Shown: positions 12,471 through 27,911 of the stretch, in pieces
How the letters are laid out: the number at the start of each line of letters is the position of its first letter
How positions within the stretch are numbered: position 1 is the first letter of the stretch
DNA from: the human T2T-CHM13v2.0 reference genome, Homo sapiens
NCBI RefSeq assembly: GCF_009914755.1
Contig: NC_060939.1
DNA: 64,000 nt
Strand: one strand, 5' to 3'
The notes under the pieces: model-generated
The model's input: the letters and a program-made list of their open reading frames with translations, nothing else
What the model was told of the DNA's origin: nothing
Database searches by the model: none
Translations under genes and position numbers: made by a program

Positions 12471-14669
12471 ACAGTGGTATAGCTTGGTGTTGATGATGAA
12501 GTGGAATGATTGGAAGTTTCCTGGGTTACAGTGTGGCAGTGTGGCATGCCCCATCACCAATTAATGTCCCAAAGGAAGAAAAACTACTATTGAAAATGCA
12601 ACAATATATCATGATGGCACCTGCATATGCATATGTCTTATAATAATAATAATAATAATATATGTAAAACTTGAGTGAAGTTCTGTGTTTTTCTCTGACT
12701 GCTGTAAATACTGAATATTTTTATCAAGATAAAAATACAAGACTAAAAAGTAACAAAGTATACTATACCCTGGAAAGTTTTACCCAAACTATGCTATTAG
12801 CTCCCTCCAATGCAATGCTTTTACTCCTGAATTTGGGGAGGAAACAGTGATATACACTCCTCTGGGATTTGAACCTATAACTGCCTAACCCCAAAGTTTA
12901 TGCTTAGTCCATTGATTTACAGGCTTTCACGCCTATTAAAATACATCGCTGTGTGGTCGATTTAGGACTCCTGAGATAACATTATGAGAAGCTCAAATCT
13001 CTCTGAACAACACAAAGTGCCAGAGATGATTTACTGGCAGGTCTGGCTGTTGACAAACTTGTCAAGTGGAAGAAGCTGGTGTAACCTTAGCCTTTGGGAT
13101 CTCTCAGCCAGTTTGTTTATTCCGGCTCTCACTTCAACTTATTACCACTCTGACAGCACTCCTGTTCCTAGCTTTCCTCCTCCTAAATCCCATTCATTAG
13201 CGAGGACATTATGCCCCCGTATGTCACTTTAGCCTGTGCTGATACACCAATGGTGCAGGTGGATTATTCCATTCTGTTGTGCATTCACATACAACATTTG
13301 AGAAATGTTTAGCCTCTTATTACTTACTCAACAAATATCTAGTGAAGGTCTGTTATGTTTGAGGTGTTGGAGAAGAGACAATGAACAGGCTAAAGACCTT
13401 ATTACTGTCTTATAGATTAAAATACTTGCATACTTTCAAACTGATTATGTGAAAGTGTAGGAATAATTTCTCCCAAATAAATCTCTTACTTTGTATTCCC
13501 CCATTACTCTCTCTTCCTTTCCTTTTGTTTACTTATTCTCCATTATGTATCACAGAAAAAGGTAGAGGTATTGACATTTTCTGTACTCCTTAGCAGAGAA
13601 TCAAGGCATTTTTAGCTAATGTAGTAACCAATAGTTAGTGTTTTTATCTGTCTTTCTTAGTGGAAAATATTATAATTTTCAGAGCCTTATGAAGAACCTA
13701 CTAATTTTAGGCTATTTTAAAAACTGATTAGTCCTTTCTTCTCTACTCATTTCTGCTTAAGACATTAATTTGAGTTCCTTTGGGTTCTAGAGCATGTACA
13801 AGAGTGCTAAAATGACATTGTTTTTACCCAGATGAAGAATCAAGTGATGAAATATCAGACACCATAATGGAGCCCAAAAGATGGAAAGAGTCACATTTAG
13901 AAAAGGAATCCAATTTGCTTAACCTCCTAAGACACTTCATGGGTGCAAATACAAGTGAGGATTATTAAAAAAAATACTCAAATTAAGAAGCCTCTGCTTC
14001 TTTTGCAGGATGATAGAATGGTAAGGAACTTGAAAGAGCATCAGGCAGTAATTCTCCTCTGGCGGCCGTAACTGCCCATTGTATTGGTTGTCACAATGTT
14101 TGAGGTTGTTCCTGGCATTTGGTGCCGGGGCCCAGGATGGTTGCAGTGCAGCAGTGCTCTAATATGCAGCACTGCTAGTCTGCCCCTTTGTCGACAAGGA
14201 AGGAAACATGAGTGGATCTTTCTCCCAAGGTCTTATGCCCAGCTATAGCGTCAAAGCTGGAGACAGAACTTGCAACTCTATTTCTAGATTTGTTTTTTCC
14301 ACTAGAACCAATTCTCAGTGTGACTGTTCCACAAGTAGCCAAAGGAAAATTGTCCCACTCAAAAGAGCTTCTTTAAGATGTGATATTCTCAGTCACATCG
14401 GATGTCATTTCTCTTACTCTAAATTCTTCTTTCAGAATGGTTTTTAGTGATATTTCAAAAACCACATAAAACCAGTCTTATTATTTTGTAGTTGTAATTT
14501 TTTGGGGAGGAGCAAGTGGTTATTTTGTTTGTCACTTCAAAAATGCTTTTATTAAGCTTGATCAGTGATTTTGTTTACCCCCACTTAAACTTTGACTTCT
14601 TTAGAAAATCAAACCTACCTTCAAATGTGTAAGATGTCCTGTTTTTAAATATCGAAAGGAATGAACACA

Positions 14670-15140
14670 CGGTTCTTATTCAACATATAACATATATTGC
14701 AAGTGTTTCATAAGCCAGGTTTGTGTTAGGTGCTAAGGGTGCAAGAGATATGATCTTAAAGGAAAAAACCATGGTTCTTTTCTCAGAAAGCCACTTAGTT
14801 AAAAACAGACAGGAGAGAAGGCAAGTCCAACATTGTGGTCATAGGAGCATGATGAAATGCAGAGAAAGGGCTCTTACCCCAAAGTAGGTGGTCAGAAAGC
14901 CCTCCTGAAAGGTTGGCAACCCAGTGAAGAACTGAGATGGTGATCAGACGAATGTCAGTAAGAAGGGGGTTAGGCGGGAGGCAGAGTTTGCAGTGACAGT
15001 GAGCCGAGATCATGCCACTGCACTCCAGCCTGGGCGACAGAGCGAGACTCTGTCTCAAAAAAAAAAAAAAAAAAAAAGAAAGAAAAAAGAAGGGGGTTAG
15101 GGCAAGAAGAATGGGAGATGGAAATCTAGACAGAGAATGG
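14670..15140 (-). mobile_element. L2 3' fragment interrupted by a truncated Alu
   Basis: ttattcaaca...gccaggtttgtgttaggtgctaaggg L2 3'-end motif. Confidence 0.6.
14975..15086 (+). mobile_element. Severely 5'-truncated, relatively young Alu (right-arm end)
   Basis: Alu 3' end with retained CpGs and long poly(A); perfect 15-bp TSD aagaagggggttagg (14960-14974 / 15087-15101). Confidence 0.93.
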
Positions 15141-16339
15141 AATCTGCAAAGTTTAGGTGTAAAAGGAGATGTGTTGCCATTCATTAGATGTAGAGTACAT
15201 GGTTTGAAATTCTTGTTGAAATTAATCACATCCACTTCCATCAAGGTTGTAAAATATGTTTCTGAACCTGGATTGAGTTTGGCATGGATTGTTTTTCCTT
15301 CCTCCACTCATTAACAAGACCTTGTCCCCAACCAACACCCTAATTAGGGCTTATCAACCCTGGGAAGAAATGTTGTCATAGTAAAACATAAGGAGACATT
15401 AGTTCTGAGTACATTAGGACAGTGTCAAAGAGGGAGGATTTATTGCATTATTGTACACACAACATAATTAAATATTAATAAGAAATATCACTTTTCCTGT
15501 CATTACCAGGCCTTTATTTTGCAAAGAAAATCTACAGGACCATAGGGTGAAAGATTAACAGTGTTACTAACAAGAGTGTTATTAACAACACTTGAAAATG
15601 GAAAAAAAATGCTTTCACAAATTGCTAAAGGGTAAACGAGGAAAAAGTGATCACTGGAGATACATGCAATAATTAAATAAGTGTTTTTGAGTACTGGCCA
15701 AGAACTGTTTTTAATGAGTAACAATAGAAGTACTCTACTGACATTCTTCTGCATTAAATTAACACACCAGCCATACCCACAATTTTACTTTGTAGGTGCT
15801 GTTGCATTTCACATCCTGATGTACAAGTGAAAATTCAGTTTGAGCTTCGATAAAATGGAAGAGAAACATTCTCCAGAAGATTAACTATGAAAAGAAAGTA
15901 ATAAACATGGTAGTGGTAGAAAAGTAAAGGTTTTCTCAAGATAGAAGAGCTTTGTACTTGTTTAAAATCAAATGGCAAGAACACAGGCGGCAAGAGATTA
16001 AAGATGCTTCAGAAAATTAAAAAAAAAACAGACCGTTTAGTTTTTTCTGAGACAACATAAAAGTATGAAAGAAAACAAACTGAGAAATAAGAATGTAGAG
16101 ACAAGTGGGTGAGAAACAGAGTCATTGTTTATTTATACTTCATCTATTATCTAAAAGAATTTGAGGCAGCTTAGAAAAAGAACATAGAAATAATGAAGTT
16201 AATAAACAGAAAAAAAAATCAGGACTTAGAAAGAAGGAAGAAGCAAATATGATAGCCAGCAGAGTTGGAGTGACTGAGTATCAGATTTGGCTCTGAAGTT
16301 CTTGGCAGTCAGGGACAAGGGGAATTGTGATATATTTCC

Positions 16340-16820
16340 ATGTACCTTTTGTTGCATAACAAACCACTTCAAAACAATGACTTGGAACATGAACTTATTA
16401 TCTCTCATGTTTTTGTGAGCAGCCTGTAGGTCAACAAGGAGGTTCTGACTCTAGGTCTCTCAGGCAGTTGTAGTCAGCAGCTAAGCCTTCAATCATCTGC
16501 AGCCTCGCTCATTCCCACATCTGGTGCCTGGGCTGGGAAAACTCAAACTGCTGGACTGGACAGCTGGGGACCCTCAGGTGTCTCTGTCTCTATGTGGTCT
16601 TTCCAGCTTGGCAGCTTCAGGTAGTTCCAAAGGCACATGATCCAAAAAGAGGCAAGCAGAAGCCATACTTCTTTTATGACTTAGCCTTGGAGGTCACTCA
16701 CCATTGCTGCTCAGTAATTCTTTAGAAGCAAGTCTCTAAGGCTGACCTGTGTTCAAGGGAAGGGGAACTAGGTTTTCCTTTTTGAAGGGAGAAATGCCAA
16801 ATAATCTCTAACATGTTTTA
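16340..16820 (-). mobile_element. Old MLT1-family LTR (MLT1G/H/I-like)
   Basis: ttgcataacaaaccacttcaaaac...ttattatctctcatg; ttttatgacttagccttggaggtcac. Confidence 0.65.
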
Positions 16821-17042
16821 ACAGATTTAACCATATGGTGTAACAGATTTCTCATTATCAAAAGGGTAGGAGCATATTCAATTGTCCAAGCTCACATTTG
16901 ATGTTGTCAGTCTTTTTTTTTAGGTGAAGTAAGAAGGAAGATTATCAATCATAATAGTAGAGATGAAGGGAAGGACAGATTAGGGAGAAATGTGTGTTTG
17001 GAATATTTCTTTATAGAGCATATAACACCAGCACACTAGAGC

Positions 17043-17793
17043 CTTGCTTCTTAAAATATGGTGTAGGATCAGCAATATTCATCTACTAGGAGCTTGTTAG
17101 AAATGCAGAATATCAGACTGTTGGGGAAACCAGCCCCACACCACCCGGCAGGTACCCCGAGTCCAGCGGAGACAAAGGAATTAGAAGGAGACAGAATAAG
17201 AGTTTAAAAGGCAGGTCCAGGGGACCGGAGCGTCGGAGGCTTCCTCACTCCCCGAGCTCCTGGCCTCCACCCAATTTATTGGTTCACAAGCTCTTTGTTC
17301 TTAGGGCAAATGGGAGAGGGAGGAAGGGATGAGGAAAAAGATTAATCAGTGAAGGAGAACTCGTGAGTCATTCAATAAGATATATAGCAGTGGCGGTTTC
17401 TGTGAATTTCCTCAAGCCTTGTGTGTCTAAACTACTTAAGATCTTTAACTTATCAGGCCTGATATGGGTGGGAGTGGATTTCAGGAGAAGCCAAGATGTT
17501 TGATTATACTCCACTGCTTCAAGGCAGTGTTATCTCCCTGAGCAACCTGTGGAATACCGCAGAGCAGTTATGCTCTCGGAGCACAAAGACATGAAGGCAA
17601 TAAGGAGACTTTTCTCCTCAGAGGCTGCCCATGGCTTCCCATGGGTGTCTCACACAGGGGAGACCAACTCATCTGGCATCCCAGAAGCTCTCTGTCCCAC
17701 ACAGACCTCACTCCAGACCTTCTGAATAGGAATTTCACCTTAACAAAACCACAAGTGATTCCTACACTGGGTAAAATTTAAGAAGTACTGCTC
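17043..17793. mobile_element. MER5A (hAT-Charlie) DNA transposon split by an LTR insertion
   Basis: ggagcttgttagaaatgcagaat before the LTR; ccagacct...aatttaagaagtactgc after it. Confidence 0.75.
17119..17701 (-). mobile_element. ERVK-class solo LTR, LTR14B-like
   Basis: TG...CA termini; TSD cagac/cagac; minus-strand AATAAA near 17275-17280; family name from recalled consensus. Confidence 0.75.
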
Positions 17794-18056
17794 AAGAGGT
17801 CAAACTTGCTGGGCAGTGGAGAGGGACAAATTATTGCTGGGTACACACTTAGAGCAGGCCACGTGTGGGACAATAACAGAAGGTGATTGGGAATGAAGAC
17901 ATTACTACATAGATCGTTTAAAGTTCGAAATTTCATACATTCACTTACCAGAGTGTTTAGGCTGTGTCTTGGAAATACAGGTGGAATTGAAACGGGAATA
18001 GGATCTAAATGAGGACAAGGTGCAGTTATGGAGGCAGCAGCGTGAAAACAATAGTG

Positions 18057-18372
18057 GGCCAGGCGTGGTGGCTCATGTCTGTAACCCCAGCACTTTAGGA
18101 GGTCCAGGTGGGAGGGTGGCTTATGCCCAGGAATTTCAGACCAGCCTGGGCAACATAAGAAGACCCTGTCTTAGAAAAAAAAGAAAGAAAGAAAGAAAAG
18201 AAAAGAAAAACATAGCTGGGCATGGTGGCATGTGTCTGTAGTCCCTGCTACTCAGGAGGCTGAGATGGGAGGATAAATTGAGCCTGTGAGATCAAGGCTG
18301 CAGTGAGAATCGATGGTGTTACTGCACTCCGGCCTCCAGCCCAGGTGACAGAGCAAGACCCTGTCTCAAAAT
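18057..18372 (+). mobile_element. AluJ with (AAAG)n-expanded linker
   Basis: Dimeric Alu with J-type features (gatcaaggctgcagtgag). Confidence 0.9.
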
Positions 18373-18759
18373 CCCCCCAAAAGGTTACAGACAAAAACCC
18401 CCACAAAACAAAGGTTGGAATAAGACTGGAGAGTTGACATTGCAGAAATACGAACAATGGTATACAAATAGGTAGCCAGAAGAAGAAAAATACCAAGTTA
18501 GTTTTCAGAGAAAAATAAATATCATTTTTGCATGTTGAAATTGTGTTGTACAGAATGTTACTTGAAGCAAGTAGATTATTTGCTGAGACATTAATTTTGT
18601 TTTACAGAAATATCTTCAGAAATGACATTTGTTAGAATGATGAACATCCTGTATATAGTTAAAAGCAGACAGCCAATAGGATAGTATTAAATATTAGCAA
18701 GTTGTAGTACATCATTACTGATATTTCAAACAGGCTTGCATGTGTGGTTTGTATTAAGA

Positions 18760-19992
<1,233 letters not shown>

Positions 19993-22843
19993 TTACAATT
20001 TCAGCTCCAACATAGATAGAGCTTGGAAATCATCATTCCTGTCCCTAGAATAATTAAAAATGCCTAAGAAACTGAAAATCAGTCTTTTCTTAGACCCATC
20101 TGGGAACTGAGGACACAGGGCAAGAACACCCCAAAACCTGGCAAGATAGGTAAATACAGAGAATCTCAGCCATGGTCAATTTACATGGAACAGAAGTCAG
20201 TAGAGCCATAAATAGGTGAGAACACTAAAATGATAGTTTTGATGAATTTCTGTAGGCTGAGTGTGGATTAGCTTGAGAATGAGAAACCCTGGAGGCTCAA
20301 GCTTTGGAACCCTCCACACTTTTGTAGGTTTTACCTCCATAAGCCCACTAGGTTCTCAAGGTAAAGATCTAGAAAAATCCCATTTTGGGCAGGAAGAAGG
20401 AAAAGTAACCATTTGAATTATGGTCAGAGAGAAACAGCTTTTGAAATATTCCCATAGTAGATTTCATAACAAATACTGGTCTCCTTAATTTAAGCAAGGG
20501 TAAACACTTTACCAAAACATTATCTAACCTGGGGGAAGGGAAATTAGCCAACTTTAGGTTCTCTAGCCTTCCTATCTCATTTAAAGAGAGGGGAGAAAAT
20601 GGCTAAGAAAAACTTGTGACATTTATAGCTCAGGAAGACAGTCCCACTAGAAATCTAAAATATTATCAAATGATTATAGAACGTTTCTTCTTCCCACACC
20701 TTACCATCTTGTTCTTATCTGTTCATGGCTCCAGGAAGCTCAGAGAATACCAAATACAATAAAGAACAAGTAGAATAAATACCAAGAAATAAGCATATTT
20801 TACCAAAGCAGCAGAAATTCAAAGACAAAGAGAACATCGCATAAGAATTCAGAGGACAAAATAAAACCAAACAAAGCACCTTATCATTAAAACAACAAGA
20901 AGAATTACAGTGGAATACTTGCTGAAACCATGCAAACAAGAAGAGAGTGGAGTAAAATGTAAGTATTGAATAAATAAAAAAGCCACCAACCTAGAATTCT
21001 ATATTCACGAAATTTATCCTGCAAAAGTGAAGAAAAAGAGTCTTGCTCAGAAAAGCAAAAACTGAGGGAATTCATTAGCAGTAGATATGTCCTGCAAGAA
21101 CTGTTAAAGAACTTCCTCAGAGATAAAAATAATATAGGTCAGAAACTCAGATCTACATGGAGAAACAGTTCATAGAGAAGGAATAAATGAGAGTAAAACG
21201 AAACATTTTATTTTTCTTCTTCTTAATTGATCCAACAGATAACTGTTTGTCTAATTAATAATAGTTAAAATATGAAGGCATTATAGCATATGGATAAGTA
21301 AGTAACAGTAATAGGGGATGGGAAAGAGAAATTGAGAATGTTCTGCTATAAGATATCTGCACTACTGGTGAAGTGGCACAGTGTTATTTGAAAGTGGACT
21401 TAGATTATTTGTAAAAGTATGTTGTATACTGTAGGGCAACCACTAAAAAAAGGAAGAAAATAATTATAATTGATTTCCTAAGAGATAAAATAAAATGGAA
21501 TCATGTGAAATGCTCAATTAAAACCAGAGGTGGCAGAAAAGGAGGAAGATTTAAAAAAAAAGAAAAAACAAATGCAATAAATAGAAAACAGGTTAAAACA
21601 TGGTAGATATTATTTCATCAATATCAATAGTCACTTGAAATGTGAATGTTCTATATTATCAATTAAATGACGGAGACTGTCATAGTAGATAAAGACACAA
21701 GACTCAACTATCTGTTATCTACAAGAAGTTTACTTTAAATGTACAAAACCAGATAAATTAAAAATAAAGAGATATAGAAGAGTATACCATGCCATAATAA
21801 AAAGAAAGCCAAAGTAGCTATATTAATATCAGACAAAATAGGCTTCTGAACAAGGAAAATCACCTGGGATAAAGAGAGCATTACATAACGATAAGTGAGT
21901 AAAGTTTCCAAGAAGATGTAACAATACTTGACTTGTATGCACCAAACAACAGAATGTCAAAATTTGTAAGGTAAAAGCTGAGAAAACTGCAAGGAAAAAT
22001 AGGAAAATCTATTATTATGACTGAAGAATTGAACACTCCTCTTTTAGAAATTGATAGATCCAGAAGGCAGAAAATCGGTAAGGATATGACCAAACTGAAC
22101 AGTATCATCAATCAACAAAATCTAACTAAAATTTATAGAATATTTCATCTAACAACTGCAGAATACACATTTTTCTCAAGCTCACGTGGACATACACTGA
22201 TTGACTGTGTTGTGGACAATAAAGCACATCTTAAACTTTTTAAAAAAATAGAAATAATTCAAGTTATGTTCTCAGACCATACCGGAATTAAGCGAAAAAT
22301 CAATTATAAAAAGATAGCTGTAGGTTAAACAACTCTATACTTGATATTAGCCAAGTGGCAGAGAAACAATAACAAACACTTTTAAGTAATACATGGGTCA
22401 AAGAAGAAGTTTCAAAGGATATTAAAATATTTTAAACTAAACGAAAATAAAAATACATCTTATCAAAATTTGTGGGACGCAGCAAAAACAGTGCCTTGAG
22501 AAAAATTTATAGCACTGAATGCATATTATTAGAGAATAAGATAGATCTAAAATCAATTTAAACTTCCAACTTAAAAGATTAGTGAAAGAAGTACAATGTA
22601 AACCTAAAGCAAGCAGAAGAAAATAAATAATAAACATTAGAGTGAAAATCAAATAAATTGAAAACAGAAACTAGATAGAGAAAATCAACAAAACCAAAAG
22701 CTGGTTCTTTGAAAATATTAATAAAGCTAATAAACCCTTAGCCAGGCTAACCATGAAGAAATAGAAGACAAAATTTACTAATATCAGAAACAAAAAAGGG
22801 GTTCGCACGTTGATATTATGGGCATTAAATAAATAATAAATGA

Positions 22844-25379
22844 GAGAAAAAAACAAACAGGTGGAGCAACATGGCAGAATAGAAAGCTCCACTGATCATC
22901 CTCCCCATAAAGACACCAACAACTATCTACATAGAAAAAACAAACAAACAAACAAACAAACAAACAAAAAACACCTTCACAAGAACCAAAAATCAGGTGA
23001 GCACTCATAGACCAAACTCAACCGACACCGGCCCACAGGAGTATTTAAAGCAGCCCTAGCCAGTGGGGAATCAAAGATCCAAGCAGTCTGAACTTGAGTG
23101 CCCACAAACCTCCCCACCAAGGCTTAAAGGGCTCTTGGTCTATAAGTAAACTTAAAGGCACTCTATGCCATAGGACTACAGCTCATAGGTGAGTCCTAGG
23201 GCTGAAGTAAGCCCAGAGAGAGTGGACTGGGGGTGAAAGGGAATGACATACTGAGACACCAACTGGGGCAGCCAAGAGAGTGCTGGCATCACCCCTCCCC
23301 TAACTCCAGGCTGCACAACTCGTGACTCCAAAAACAACACCCCTTCATTCTACTTGAGGAGAAGAAAGAGAGGGGAGGACATTGTCTTGCATCTTGGATA
23401 CAGACAAAATTAAAAATTAATACCAAGAGGAATTTTAGAAACTATAAAAATGCATGGAAATTAAACAATATGCACCTGAATGGCCACTGGGTCAATGAAA
23501 ATATTAAGAAGGAAATTAAAACATTTCTTGAAGCAAATAATAATGGAAACACAATACACCAAAACCTATGGGATATAGCAAAAGCAGAACTAAGAAGGAA
23601 ATTTAAAGCTATTAAGTGCCCACATCAAAAAAGAGAAAAAATTTCAAATAATCCAATGATACACCTTAAAGAACTAGAGGAACAAGAGCAAACCAAATCC
23701 AACATCTGTAAACAAAAAGAAATAATAAAGATTGGAGCAGAAATAAATAAGATTGAAATAAAAAACACAGAAAATCAATGAAACAAAAAGGTAGTTTTTT
23801 GAAAAGTTAAACAAAATTGACAAACCTTTAGCCAGACTAGCTAAAAAAATAAGAGAGATGATCCAAATAAATAAAAGCAGAAATAAAAAAGGAGACATTA
23901 CAACTGATAGTGCCAAAATTCAAAGGATCGTTAGTGGCTACTATGAGCAACTCTATGTCAATAAATTGGAAAACCTAGAAGAAATGGACAAATTCCTAGA
24001 TACATACAACCTACCAAGATTGAACCAGGAAGAAACCCAAATGCTGAACATATCAAAAACAAGTAATGAGATCAAAGCTGTAATAAAAAATCTTCCAGTA
24101 AAGAAAAGCCCAGGACCTGATGGCATCACTGATGAATTCTACCAAACATTTAAAGAAGAACTAATACGAATCCTACTCAAACTATTCCGAAAAATAAAGG
24201 AGGAGGGGATACTTTCAAACTCATTCTACATGGCCAGTATTATCCTGATACCAAAACCAGACAAAGATACCTCAAAAAAATGAAACTACAGGCCAAAATC
24301 TCTGATGAATATTGATGCAAAAATCCTCAACAAAATACTAGCAAACCGAATTCAACAATATATTAGAAAGATCATTCCTCATGACCAAGTGGAATTTATC
24401 CCTGGGATGTTTCAACATATGCAAATCAATCAATGTGATACACATATCAACAGAATGAAGGATAAAAAAACTTATCTTTGTTTTGTAACTTTGTAACTTT
24501 CAAGCAATTGGTAAATTTCATATAAATTATTAGAATCATGAGTATAGCATTATTCTTAACATTCATTTATTAAGATTTTTTAATCCACCTCCTCAAATGT
24601 TTATCCATTGAGTTGCAAACAATCCAATTATACTCTTTAAGTTATTTAAAAATGTACAGTTTTCAAATGTACATCATTTCAATTGATGCTGAGAACGCAT
24701 TTGTTAAATTCAACATCTCTTCATGATAAAAACCTTCAAAAAACTAGAGATAGAAGGAACATATCTCAATATAATAAAAACTATATATGACAGATCCACA
24801 GCTAGAATCATACAGAACTGGGAAAAACTGAAAGCCTTTCCTCTAAGATCTGGAACATGACAAGGATGCCCACTATCACCACTGTTATTCAACACAGTAC
24901 TGGAAGTCCTAGCTAGAGAAATCAGACAAGAGAAAGATATAAAGGGCATCCAAATTGGAAAGGAGGAAGTCAAATTATCCTTGTTTGCAGATGATGTGAT
25001 CTTATTTTTGAAAAAAACTAAAGGTTCCCCAAGAAAACTATTAGAACTGATAAACAAATTCAGTAAAGTTACAGGATACAGATACAAAATAAACACACAA
25101 AATTTGTGGGATCTAAAAATCAAAACAATGTGAACTCATGGACATAGAGAGTAGAAGGATGGTTACCAGAGGTTGGGAAGGGTAGTGGGGGGGATATGGG
25201 GGAGTAAGGCATGGTTAATGGGTGCAAAAAATATAAAGAATGAATAAGATCTACTATTTGATAGCACAACAGGGTGACTATAGTCAATAATAACTGTACA
25301 TTTTTAAATAACTTAAAGAGTATAATTGGATTGTTTGCAACTCAATGGATAAACATTTGAGGAGGTGGATTAAAAAATC
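22844..25379 (+). mobile_element. Internally deleted L1MA1-4-like element nested in the older L1
   Basis: 5' UTR start gagcaacatggcagaatagaaagctcc; ORF2 remnants 23470-24496 ([11 protein letters not shown]; [18 protein letters not shown]); 3' UTR; TSD ataataaatga (22833-22843 / 25380-25390). Confidence 0.85.
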
Positions 25380-25465
25380 ATAATAAATGAATGCTAAGAA
25401 CAATGCTATGCTCATGATTCTAATAACTTATATGAAATTTACTAATTGTTTGAAAGTTACAAAAC
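24481..25465. repeat. Inverted repeat: arms 24481-24661 and 25292-25465, spacer about 630 bp
   Basis: Left arm is the reverse complement of the right arm; inner ~88 bp identical, outer ~85 bp has about 7 mismatches. Confidence 0.93.
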
Positions 25466-26384
25466 TTTCAATGCTACCCAAACTCACACAAGGAGAAATA
25501 GGTAATCAGAATAGGCTTATATTTATTAAGAAATTAAATCAAGAAGCAATAACTTTCAGATGGGTTCAGATGGTTTTATTGGTGAATTCTACCAATTATT
25601 AAGGAAGAAATTGTTCATGATGTATACCAATGATACTCCACAATCTCAGAAACACAAAGCGTAGGGATCATTTCCTAATTCTTAAGAGGCCTGCATTATC
25701 CTAATACCAAGACATTACAACAAGGAAACTTATAGACTAATATCTCTCAAAAATATAGATATAAAAATCCTGAACAAAGTAGTAGCAAATTGATTGTAAT
25801 AATATACAAAAAGGATTGGATATCACAAACTAGCAGGATATCTCCCAAATATGCAAGGCTGATACAACATTTGATTATCAATTAACACTATCAATCACAT
25901 CAACAGGCTAAGGAAGAAAAGTGATATGATCATTCAAATAATGCAGAAGAAGCATTTGGCAAAATACAATACCGATTCATGATAAAAACTCTATTCAAAC
26001 TAGAATTGGGCGAGCTTTCTCAACCTTATAAAGAACATCTAAAACAACCTACAGCCAACGTGATACTTACTAGTGAAAAACTAAATAATTTTCTCCTAAA
26101 ATTAGGAGCAACAAGGTGACTATGGCTTTTCTCACCACTTCTATTCAGCCTTGTGCTAGAACTCATAGATAGTGTAATAAGAAAATAAAATGAAATAAAA
26201 GTGATACACATTAGGAAAAAAAGGAATAAAACCATTTTGATTCACAGATGACATGATTCTGTATCTAAACAATTGCAATTAGTTGACCAATAAAACACAC
26301 CACAAACCCCCAAAACCACCCAAAAACCAACCCCTGAAACTAATAGGGGATGATAGCAAGGGATACAAGGCTAATACACAAAAG

Positions 26385-27318
26385 CATATTATGAAAAGGT
26401 GGTCAACATCACTAATCATCAGGGAAATGCAAATAAAATCTGCAACGAGAGATATAACCACACCAGTTAGAATGGCTATCATCAAGAAGACAAGAGACAA
26501 ATGTTGGCAAGGATGTGGAGAAAAGGGAATCCTTGTACACTGTTGGTGGGAACGTAAATTGGTACATCCATTATGGAAAACAGTATGGAGGTTCCTCAAA
26601 AAATAAATTAAAACCAGAACTACCATATGACCCAGCAATCCCACTCATGGGCATGTATCCAAAGGAAATGAAATTAGTATCTCTAAGAGAATCTGCTCTC
26701 TCATGTTCATTGCAGCATTATTCACAGTAGCCAAGACATGGGAACAACCTAAACGTCAGTTGATAGATGAATAGGGAAAGAAATTGTGTTATATACAGAA
26801 AATGGAATATCATTCAGCCTTAAAAAAGAAGGAAATACCACAATTTGTGACAACATAGATGAATCCTGAGAGAATTATGCAAAGCAAAACAAGTCAGACA
26901 AACACAAATACTGTATTACCTTACTTACATGTAGAATTTTAAAAAGTTGAACCCATAGAAACAGATAATAGAATGGTGATTGCCAGGAGCTGGGGCTAGA
27001 GGAAATGGGGAAATGTTGGTGAAAGGGCACAAATTTTCAGTTATAAGATGAATACATTCTGGGGATCTAATGTACAGCATGGTGACTATAGTTAATGATA
27101 CTGTATTGTACACTTTAAATTGTTAATAGAGATCTTAAATTGTTCATACCACACACGTACACACAAAAGGTAACTAGGTGAAGTGATTGATGTGTTAACT
27201 AACCTAATAGTGATAATCGTTTCACAATGTACACATATCAAATTATCACATTATACGCCTTAAATTTATACAATTTCATTTGTCAATTATGCCTCAATGA
27301 AGCTGGAAAACTTTTTTA
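26385..27318 (+). mobile_element. 5'-truncated L1MA8/9-like insertion
   Basis: ORF2 C-terminus ([16 protein letters not shown]...HCWWE) plus 3' UTR; TSD aatacacaaaag/aaaacacaaaag. Confidence 0.8.
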
Positions 27319-27399
27319 AAAACACAAAAGTATGTGGATAAATAAATAGTGGTATAGCCATACAATAGTGTGTGTGTGTTTATATATATATATGAAAGG

Positions 27400-27911
<512 letters not shown>

